Below, one piece after another: positions 52,857 through 64,000 of a DNA stretch of 64,000 nt (its first letter is position 1; every line of letters starts with the position of its first letter). This DNA comes from Octopus vulgaris (taxonomy: Eukaryota). The notes beneath the pieces are model-generated. The model did not search any database, was not told where the DNA came from, and saw only the letters and a program-made list of their open reading frames with translations. The position numbers and the translations under genes were made by a program. The stretch spans positions 7,626,001 to 7,690,000 of the forward strand of contig OX597814.1 of NCBI GenBank assembly GCA_951406725.2. The letters are read 5' to 3'.

Positions 52857-55800
52857 AGTACCATGTATAAAGTACCTCTTCTGGTACCATGTATAAAACA
52901 CCTCTACTGGTACCATGTATAAAGCACCTCTACTGGTACCATGTATAAAGCACCTCTGTTGGTACCATGCATAAAGCACCCCTATTGGCACCATGTATAA
53001 AGCACCTCTATTGGTACCATGTATAAAGCACCTCTACTGGTACCATGTATAAAGCACCTCTATTGGTACCATGTATAAAGCACCTCAACTGGTACCATGT
53101 ATAAAGCACCTCAACTGGTACCATGTATAAAGCACCTCTATTGGTACCATGTATAAAGCATCTCTACTGGTACAATGTATAAAGCACCCCTATTGGACTA
53201 TGTATAAAGCCCCTCTACTGGTACCATGTATAAAGCACCTCTACTGGTACAATGTATAAAGCCCCTCTATTGGTACCATGTATAAAGCCTCTCTATTGGT
53301 ATTATGTATAAAGCATCTCTATTGGTACCATGTATAAAGCCCCTCTACTGGTACCATGTATAAATCACCTCTATTGGTACCATGTATAAAGCACCTCAAC
53401 TGGTACCATGTATAAAGCACCTTTACTGGTACCATGTATAAAGCACCAGTGTTGGTACCATGTATAAAGCACCTCAACTGATACCATGTATAAAGCACCT
53501 CTACTAGTACCATGTATAAAACACCTCCGTTGGTACCATGTATAAAGCCCCTCTACTGGTACCATGTATAAATCACCTCTATTGGTACCATGTATGAAGC
53601 ACCTTTACTGGTACCATGTATAAAGCACCTCTACTGGTACCATGTATAAAGCACCTCTACTGGTACCATGTATAAAGCATCTCTACTGGTACCATGTATA
53701 AAGCACCTCTATTGGTACCATGTATAAAGCACCTCTACTGGTACCATGTATAAGGCACCAGTGTTGGTACCATGTATAAAGCACCTCTATGGGTACCATT
53801 TATAAAGCACCTCTAGTGGTACCATGTATGAAACACCTCTACTGGTACCATGTATAAAGCACATCTACTGGTACCATATATAAAGCACCTCTATTGGTAC
53901 TATGTATGAAACACCTCTACTGGTACCATGTATAAAGCACCAGTGTTGGTACCATGTATAAAGCACCTCTCCTGGTACCATGTATAAAGCACCTCTACTG
54001 GTACCATGTATAAGGCACCAGTGTTGGTACCATGTATAAAGCACCTCTCCTGGTACCATGTATAAAGCACCTCTATTGGTACCATGTATAAAGCACCTCT
54101 ATTGGTACCATGTATAAAGCACCTCTACTGGTACCATGTATAAAGCACCTCTATTGGTACCATGTATAAAGCACCTCTACTTGTACCATGTATAAAGCAC
54201 CTCTAGTGGTTCCATGTATAAAGCACCTCTACTGGTACCATGTATAAAGCACCTCTATTGGTACCATGTATAAAGCCCTCTACTGGTACCATGTATAAAG
54301 CACCTCTAGTGGTACCATGTATAAATCACCTCTATTGGTACCATGTATAAAGCACCTCAACTGGTACCATGTATAAAGCACCTCTACTGGTACCATGTAT
54401 AAAACACCTCTACTGGTACCATGTATAAAGCACCTCAACTGATACCATGTATAAAGCACCTCTATTGGTACCATGTATGAAGCACCTTTACTGGTACCAT
54501 GTATAAAGCACCTCTACTGGTACCATGTATAAAGCACCTCTACTGGTACCATGTATAAAGCACCTCTACTGGTACCATGTATAAAGCACCTCTATTGGTA
54601 CCATGTATAAAGCACCTCTACTGGTACCATGTATAAAGGCACCAGTGTTGGTACCATGTATAAAGCACCTCTATGGGTACCATTTATAAAGCACCTCTAG
54701 TGGTACCATGTATAAAACACCTCTACTGGTACCATGTATAAAGCACATCTACTGGTACCATGTATAAAGCACCTCTATTGGTACCATGTATGAAACACCT
54801 CTACTGGTACCATGTATAAAGCACCAGTGTTGGTACCATGTATAAAGCACCTCTCCTGGTACCATGTATAAAGCACCTCTACTGGTACCATGTATAAAGC
54901 ACCTCTATTGGTACCATGTATAAAGCACCTCTATTGGTACCATGTATAAAGCACCTCTACTGGTACCATGTATAAGGCACCAGTGTTGGTACCATGTATA
55001 AAGCACCTCTCCTGGTACCATGTATAAAGCACCTCTACTGGTACCATGTATAAAGCACCTTTACTGGTACCATGTATAAAACACCTCTACTGGTACCATG
55101 TATAAAGCACCTCAACTGATACCATGTATAAATCACCTCTATTGGTACCATGTATGAAGCACCTTTACTGGTACCATGTATAAAGCACCTCTACTGGTAC
55201 CATGTATAAAGCATCTCTACTGGTACCATGTATAAAGCACCTCTATTGGTACCATGTATAAAGCACCTCTACTGGTACCATGTATAAGGCACCAGTGTTG
55301 GTACCATGTATAAAGCACCTCTATGGGTACCATTTATAAAGCACCTCTAGTGGTACTATGTATAAAACACCTCTACTGGTACCATGTATAAAGCACATCT
55401 ACTGGTACCATGTATAAAGCACCAGTGTTGGTACCATGTATAAAGCACCTCTCCTGGTACCATGTATAAAGCACCTCTATTGGTACCATGTATAAAGCAC
55501 CTCTACTGGTACCATGTATAAAGCACCTCTATTGGTACCATGTATAAAGCACCTCTATTGGTACCATGTATAAAACACCTCTACTGGTACCATGTATAAA
55601 TCACCTCTATTGGTACCATGTATAAAGCACCTCTACTGGTACCATGTATAAAGCACCTCTACTGGTACCATGTATAAAGCACCTCTACTGGTACCATGTA
55701 TAAACCTCTATGGTACCATGTATAAAGCACCTCATGGTACTGACTGGTACCATGTATAAAGCACCTCTACTGGTACCATGTATAAAGCACCTCCACTGGT

Positions 55801-58105
55801 ACCATGTATAAAGCACCTCTACTGGTACCATGTATAAACACCTCTATTGGTACCATGTATAAAGCACCTCTACTGGTACCATGTATAAAGCACCTCTATT
55901 GGTACCATGTATAAAGCACCTCTACTGGTACCATGTATAAAGCACCTCTACTGGTACCATGTATAAAGCACCTCTATTGGTACCATGTATAAAGCACCTC
56001 TACTGGTACCACTGGTACAGTATAAAGCACCTCTATGTACCATGTATAAAGCACCTCTACTGGTACCATGTATAAGGCAGTGTTGGTACCATGTATAAAG
56101 CACCTCTCCTGGTACCATGTATAAAGCACCTCTACTGGTACCATGTATAAAGCACCTCTATTGGTACCATGTATAAAGCACCTCTACTGGTACCATGTAT
56201 AAAGCACCAGTGTTGGTACCATGTATAAAGCACCTCTCCTGGTACCATGTATAAAGCACCTCTATTGGTACCATGTATAAAGCACCTCTATTGGTACCAT
56301 GTATAAAGCACCTCTATTGGTACCATGTATAAAGCACCTCTACTGGTACCATGTATAAAGCACCTCTATTGGTACCATGTATAAAGCACCTCTATTGGTA
56401 CCATGTATAAAGCACCTCTATTGGTACCATGTATAAAGCCCCTCTACTGGTACCATGTGTAAAGCACCTCTATTGGTACCATGTATAAAGCCCCTCTACT
56501 TGTACCATGTATAAAGCACCTCTAGTGGTACCATGTATAAAGCCCCTCTACTGGTACCATGTGTAAAGCACCTCTATTGGTACCATGTATAAAGCCCCTC
56601 TACTGGTACCATGTATAAAGCACCTCTAGTGGTACCATGTATAAATCACCTCTATTGGTACCATGTATAAAGCATCTCAACTGGTACCATGTATAAAGCA
56701 CCTTTACTGGTACCATGTATAAAACACCTCTACTGGTACCATGTATAAAGCACCTCAACTGATACCATGTATAAAGCACCTCTACTACTACCATGTATAA
56801 AACACCTCCGTTGGTACCATGTATAAAGTCCCTCTACTGGTACCATGTATAAAGCACCTCTATTGGTACCATGTATGAAGCACCTTTACTGGTACCATGT
56901 ATAAAGCACCTCTACTGGTACCATGTATAAAGCACCTCTACTGGTACCATGTATAAAGCATCTCTACTGGTACCATGTATAAAGCACCTCTATTGGTACC
57001 ATGTATAAAGCACCTCTACTGGTACCATGTATAAGGCACCAGTGTTGGTACCATGTATAAAGCACCTCTATGGGTACCATTTATAAAGCACCTCTAGTGG
57101 TACCATGTATAAAACACCTCTACTGTACCATGTATAAAGCACATCTACTGGTACCATATATAAAGCACCTCTATTGGTACCATGTATCAAACACCTCTAC
57201 TGGTACCATGTATAAAGCACCTCTACTGGTACCATGTATAAAGCACCTCTGTTGGTACCATGTATAAAGCACCTCTATTGGTACCATGTATAAAGCACCT
57301 CTATTGGTACCATGTATAAAGCCCCTCTATTGGTACCATGTATAAAGCACCTCTACTGGTACCATGTATAAAGCACCTCTACTGGTACCATGTATAAACA
57401 CCTCTATTGGTACCATGTATAAAGCACCTCTATTGGTACCATGTATAAAGCACCTCTATTGGTACCATGTATAAAGCCCCTCTACTGGTACCATGTGTAA
57501 AGCACCTCTATTGGTACCATGTATAAAGCCCTCTACTTGTACCATGTATAAAGCACCTCTAGTGGTACCATGTATAAAGCCCTCTACTGGTACCATGTGT
57601 AAAGCACCTCTATTGGTACCATGTATAAAGCCCCTCTACTTGTACCATGTATAAAGCACCTCTAGTGGTACCATGTATAAAGCCCCTCTACTGGTACCAT
57701 GTATAAAGCACCTCTATTGGTACCATGTATGAAACACCTCTACTGGTACCATGTATAAAGCACCTCTATTGTTACCATGTATAGAGCACCTCTACTTGTA
57801 CCTTGTATAAAGCACCTCTACTGGTACCATGTATAAAGCACCTCTATTGGTACCATGTATAGAGCACCTCTACTTGTACCTTGTATAAAGCACCTCTTCT
57901 GGTACCATGTATAAAGCCCCTCTATTGGTATCATGTATAAAGCACCTCTATTGGTACCATGTATAAAGCCCCTCTATTGGTATCATGTATAAAGCACCTC
58001 TATTGGTACCATGTATGAAACACCTCTACTGGTACCATGTATAAAGCACCTCTACTGGTACCATGTATAAAGCACCTCTATTGGTACCATGTATAAAGCA
58101 CCAGT
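52857..58105. repeat. 26-bp satellite array, ~200 copies (GGTACCATGTATAAAGCACCTCTAYT)
   Basis: Directly visible; variant blocks recur. Confidence 0.98.
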
Positions 58106-58204
58106 GTTTGTGCCACATAAAAACCGAGTGCACTCTGTAAAGTGGTGGGCATTAGGAAGGACATCAAACCATAGAAACCATGCCAAAACAGACAATTGGA
58201 GTGT

Positions 58205-59200
58205 GCTCTTCTCTCTTATATGCTGCATCTAATTCCTATTATGCCTACTTTCACTGCACATTCAGAGGTGAATACTAGCTTCATTTCTCTCTAATCTTCA
58301 CATGTCCTCCACATTGAGGGCCATGTCTTGCTACCATGTAGAATTGCTATTCATATACATACCTCATACAATCTTCCTTTCAATTGGGGAGAGAAACCTT
58401 TCATTGCGAACAGAAGCAAAATCTCTCTGAATTTTCTCCATCCTTTCCTTATTTTAATAATTACACTGTCCATGCATGCCCCCACTACTAATTCGGTCCC
58501 CTACATAGCAGAAACTATTGACTACCTCTAGAGCTTCTAAAGCATTTGGAAAGCATTTCCACATTATCTGGAAGATTTTATGGCCCCTGTGCCCCTTCCA
58601 CACACGAATACTACTTTCTCTGATACGCTTCCTATTATTCCATTGTACCCCTTGTGTGTCCATAGCTGGCACTGTGTACACCATATGGAACTTGTGCTTG
58701 CACATTTCTTATACATCGAGCAGGGCCACTTACCTGAAGAGGGTAGGGTACTGTCTGTTTTCTTGCTTAATAAAACCTTAGTCTATGCTAAGTTAACCTT
58801 AAGGCCCTAAAATTTCAGCTTTTGCCTCCTCACCCGGAATTTCTTTTCTAGCTTTGGTATAAAATCTGTTTTGAGGGCAAATAGTAGTTCTGAGGGGGCT
58901 GCTAGTCTTGAATCCCTCTCTTATGACGTGGAAGATAATAAAGAAATGTAGGGGACTGAGCCTTCATTAACACTTAAAATGTACACCATTTTCTTTGCTG
59001 TACTCATGGTTAACTGTCACCTTGCTAACAAAGCCCATCTACATGGATGGCCTGTACAGCTTTCACAAGTCTATCCCTAGCCTCCTCAGATCCCACATTG
59101 CCACACAACAGAGTACTCAAAAGAAAGCTTCCTCTAGATCAACAAATGCAAAGTATAATTCTTTAGTCTTAGCCAAGTATTTCTCTTGCAAATACCATTG
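58205..59200 (-). mobile_element. Highly degenerate RTE LINE
   Basis: LEVVNSFCYVGDRISSGG and QEKYLAK remnants. Confidence 0.75.
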
Positions 59201-60399
59201 AAATATATGTACAAAGACAACTGTATAAAGAAGTGTCAATTGCTTAAAATTGTTGGAATCTGTGGAAGAGGGAGACTCGGGAAAATATGGGATGAATTAG
59301 TGAGGGTCAGTCTCAAGACTTTGAGCCTCACAGAGGTAATAACGATGGAATGAGAAGTCAGCTGATTGGAGGTTCTTGAGGATACCTCACTCTGACTTCA
59401 GAAAAACAGAGTTCTTGAAATGCAGTACTACAATAGAGACAGGCACACACATACAAAGACATCAACCCCAAACTGTAACTGCTGAAAGCCTACAAGCTGC
59501 CCTCTGAGATGATCCTGCTTCTCCAGGGCTATAATTTACAGACCCACTCTCATGCCATCTGATGTCATCACAAGGTATTACATGGATATGGCAGCCATGT
59601 TTGTCAAGGAAGGGTATACACAGGATATGCATTACCTCAGGGATACAGAAAATTCCACCCCATCACGTTTATCTGGAGACTTTGCAACCTCTGGAATGAT
59701 CCTATCTCCAAACATTGAACAGTGTATCTTCAACATGGACACACTTTATTTACAAGGAGCCTACAATTGCCAGATTTGCATCTGTGAAAGCCTGCATATT
59801 CTCCTCCAACCTACATTATCCATCATATTCCAATCATCAACAAGAAAACCTGTCTTATTGTTGCAACACAGATATGCCCTCCTGGTGAACTTCAAACCAC
59901 TGGCTGCTGACAACCCAGATATACCACCTTTTTCCTGGCTGCCTCATAAGCAAGGGTAGGGTACTGAACCTCTGTTGCCCACACACACCACACAGTCATC
60001 CCTCCAAATATTCGAGCCTTATGTATTTTCTGCAATCATTCCTGACTCTCTTTATATATACATATATGTGTGGTGTGTGAATATGCTTGTATGAAAGTAT
60101 GTTATCATGCTTTACATGTATAAGCAATGTCAAACATTACACAATGCTGATGCTCAGAAGGCATTCTTTCAGTGTTGAACTGTGATCTGTTTAGTGATTG
60201 ATTGATTCCCAATTGTGTGTGTGTGCGTGCGTGTGTGTATGTTGTTGTGAGAGTTTTGTGTGTAAACAAGACAAACAAAGTTTTTGGAAAATCAACAATG
60301 TGTGATCCTCAATAGGGAGGAGACATTCAAGGGTTGCTTATGGAAACACCCCCAAAAAAGTCCATGGCTACCCTGACTTTTGGGGCAGGTGCCTTTTTT

Positions 60400-61556
60400 G
60401 CAACTATAGGGATATGCTCAGGGCATGCTTATTCACTTGCATCATTCTCACCACTTTCATTCACCTTTTGGCAAACTGGCTAGATGACAACACTCCCCTC
60501 TCTACCCTTGTTTCCCTTTTCAAGTAAAACTTGAGGAAGTTGATTAGCGATTGACCAAACAGAAAAGTGTTTGTCTTCAGCCTCTTCAATCTCATCCACC
60601 ATACAACCACATTTACCATGGCCACTAGGTATATAAAAACAGATTTTCCTTCCCAGTTAAAGGAAAGCGACAAGGCAATTTTCATGATGGATCAGTTGAC
60701 AGCCAGATCTGTCCCACATGTGACAGTAGGTGTTCAACATAAACCCATAAGTCAGCAATGCTTGGGCACTGCGCAAATGAATGCAGGATCATCTTGTGGT
60801 CCTTGCACACATCTCATCTGACATACTCAACTGACGGCAATTCCGTGCCTGTAAATTTTATCTCAAACAGGCAAAGCTCCCTGGTAGACTGCCAGGGCAG
60901 ATATTTTGGGAAATTATCCATCGGTTGCAGCCTGAGAGTTCTCCAGAAAAGAGTGACTAGCTGATCTTCTTCAATGCCTGAGGTCTCCCCCAGAACGTTG
61001 TTGCAATTTTGCTCTACTAATCCTCTATAAAACGCTAAAGTAGACGTTCCACCCATCGCAGGGTCTGATTGGCTGAGGGTTGTGAGTACTTGAAGACATT
61101 CTGCTTTCCAAATGCTGCCCCTCGATCTCTGTTTTACCCAAGAATGCAGCTCCCTTAAAGAAACTAGCTGCAGAGATATGTATCTGGTGAATGGCGACCA
61201 CACCTGTTCACCATCAAGGAAGTACCGGAGATGTCGTAGCCTCAGTGCATGTCTGTGCATCATCAACCATGGTATGCCCAGGCCACCACACATCAGGTGT
61301 TGACAGTAGATAGACTGCCTGGCCATCGAGACATGTCCCTTCCACAAGAAATGGAAGAGTATATGCTCCAGCATAATCAAACAGGAGCCAAGACAAGGCA
61401 CAATGGTCAAGTGACAGCAGATGACAGATGCGATTTATGTGTTACCACCTCTGCCTGACCTTTCAGGGATAGCTTTCTCTCTACCCATTTCTGGGTGAGA
61501 GTAGTCGTCCTGCTCATTACCTTATCCCAATTTTGGTCCATCTGGAGTGACATCTG
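60400..61556 (-). mobile_element. Degenerate Tx1-clade LINE 3' fragment
   Basis: KLSLKGQAEV and FLWKG...GGLGIPWLMMHRHALRLRHL, homologous to 43900-44950. Confidence 0.85.
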
Positions 61557-61559
61557 GAG

Positions 61560-63902
61560 CAAAGACAAGGAGCACAAGAAAAATGCTGAATAGTTGCAAG
61601 AACTCAAAAAAACAGTGGTCTGTCCAAAACAGGCAGAACTAGTCATTTCAGTTAGGGAAGTGAAGGAAATCAGCAAAAATATGTGCAACTGGAAGGCCCC
61701 AGGACCAGATGGAGTTCAAGGTTACTGGATCAAAAGATTTGGTGAATGTCACGCATGAATAGCTGCACAACTCAACACCTTGTTAAATGCTGACCAAATG
61801 ACACCAGAGTGGTTGACATTGGCTAGGACAGTGCTGTGCTTAAAAAACATTGAAAAAGTCACTACAGTAGACAATTACAGGCTGATGTCCTGTTTGCCTC
61901 TTATGCGGAAGTTCTTGACTGGAATACTCGCAGAGTCAATGTAAGAACGTCTGGAAAAAAATGGAGTTCTGCCACATGAGCAGAAGAGTTGCAAGTATAA
62001 GTGCAGAAGTATCAAGGATCAACTCCTGATAGATAAAAATGTACTCAGAGACTGCAAGAGGAGGAAAAGTAACTTAGCCATGTCATGGATCGACTATCGT
62101 AAGGCATATGTTATGATTCCACGTTCTTGGATTATGGAGTGTATGAGCCTATTTGGTAATGCATCAAGTGTTGAGCGATTGCTTGGTAAAAGTATGGCGA
62201 ATTGGAGGATGGAACTGACAGTATACAGAAGAAGTTTAAGGACAGGAGAAATTAGGAGGGGCATCTTCCAAGGGGACTGTCTGTCCCCACTGATCTTTGT
62301 ACTGTGCTTGATACCAGTAACACTGATTCTGAGGAAAACAAAGGCTGGGTGTGTATTCAAAAGCTGCCAGCAAGAAGTCAGCCATTTGTTATTCATGGAT
62401 GACCTCAAACTTTTTGGTAAAGACGAATGCCAAGTCAGTTCCCTCTTTTCATATGGTGTATACATTCAGTGCTGATATCAGAATGGAGTTCGGACTGAGA
62501 AAGTGTGGTGTGTTAGTCTTGAAGAGAGGCAAAATCAAATGTATGGACGGACTAACGATACCATTGGGGGAGTTTGTGAAGCAGATAGAAGAGACAGGCT
62601 ACTTGGGGATTTTGGAAAATGAATAAACTGATGGAGAAAGAAATGACAGAAACATCTAAGGTGGAGTACTTGCACAGACTGAGACTGATCCTTAAGTCGA
62701 AATTAAGTGGACAATTAAGATCGAAGCTATCAAGACCTGGGTGGTTTCACTCCTTAGATATGGAGCAGGGATAATCGCATGGACAGTAGACGAACTAAAC
62801 AGCTGAGATAGAAAGACAAGGAAGTTGCTTACTAGATATGGGTCACTCCACCCAAAAAGTAACACAGACAGACTGTATGTACCAAGAAAAAGAGGGGGAA
62901 GAGGACTTATTGGATGTGAGCACAGCATTAGAGCAGAAGAAAACAACATAGCATGGTATGTAAAAAAATGCCACAAAACCACAATTATTGGAAGTAAGAA
63001 GGTCAGGCTTGTGTAGGATGAAAGATGGCAAAGATAAAGCACTGTACAAGAAATTGAAAATAGGTGGGTAAAGAAAAGAATGCATGGACAATTTCATAGG
63101 GATGTTGAAGATAAGACAGACAGAGGAAAAAGACGGGTGTGGATGACTAAAAGAGATTCAAAACCAGAAACAGAGGCTCTAGTCTGTGCTGCCCAAGAGG
63201 AATCACTAAGAACAAATTACATAAAATACAAAATAGACAACACAGCAGAAAGTAATAAGTGCAGAATCTGCGGACAAAACGGTGAAACCGTATGGCATAT
63301 TACCAGTCAATGTATGCCACTAGCCCAGAAGGAATATAAGAGAAGCCATGACAATATAGCCAGGTTTGTCCATTGGACACTTTCCAACAAGTATGGACTT
63401 GACAGAGCAAAAACTTGGTATGACCACAAACCTGAAGGCATTGGTGAAAATAGAAATGCAAAGATCCTATGGGATTTTATGATTCAGTACAACCATGAGA
63501 TAGAGAATAGGAAGCTGGACATAGTCTTAATTGAGAAAGAAAGCAAACTATACTGGAAGATAGATATAGCATGCCCAGCTGAAAACAAGATATGCGATAA
63601 GGAAGAAAGAAAAGTCGTGAGATATGACAGGTTAGCTTGGGAGGTTAAGCAGTTGTGGTTGATGAAAAAGGTAGCAGTAGTACCAATAATTGATGGAGCC
63701 CAGGGAAGAGTAAGTAAAAATCTTGAGAAGTACATGGAACAAATAGGGGCTGCAATAAGGAACACTTGCAGAAAATAGCAGTGCTTGGGACCCCTTGAAT
63801 ACTCCGGATGGTACTCAAAAAACAAGGGGTTTTACCATAGTTCACTCGTAGTGAACAGTTGATACTGTAGTACGTCTCCAGCGTTAGAAGCTGTTCAAAG
63901 GC

Positions 63903-63946
<44 letters not shown>
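61560..63946 (+). mobile_element. R4/Dong-like LINE (RT + restriction-like endonuclease), decayed, with (TAA)n tail
   Basis: [61 protein letters not shown]...IDIACP. Confidence 0.88.
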
Positions 63947-63948
<2 letters not shown>

Positions 63949-64000
63949 CACACACCAGAAAAGGTCACAGAAAACGAGAAAGCAACCATAATCTGAGATA

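Noticed and set aside
52857-58105. CRISPR-like regular repeat array
   Set aside because: No unique spacers, monomers are contiguous, no cas genes and eukaryotic context; it is a satellite, and its short ORFs are artefacts.
59552-59959. 135-aa ORF
   Set aside because: No recognisable motif; probably decayed repeat sequence.

Overview
Eukaryotic, AT-rich and repeat-saturated DNA. It is very probably from an octopus or other coleoid cephalopod, inferred from the OK/OR-type tRNA-derived SINEs and RTE LINEs with (GAT)n tails. One host gene is recognisable: the last three coding exons of a PARP14/15-like ADP-ribosyltransferase on the minus strand (38687-38554, 38166-37989, 13255-12990), with a 24.7-kb last intron and a non-canonical H-S-N triad. 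The rest is layered transposon material: RTE, Tx1, R4/Dong and CR1 LINEs; several Penelope-like elements; mariner, Tc1 and pogo DNA transposons; Helitron-like pieces; SINEs; microsatellites; and a 5.2-kb satellite with a 26-bp unit. The signal the ORF track misses is RNA-level. At least two intact and about five degenerate type-I hammerhead ribozymes occur in non-coding elements. One belongs to a TSD-flanked retrozyme-like element with a ~353-nt unit (39585-45446). A full-length Tx1 LINE with a 20-bp TSD has inserted directly against the first base of that hammerhead's stem I. All calls were made by eye; no searches or folding programs were run, and boundaries of degraded elements are approximate.
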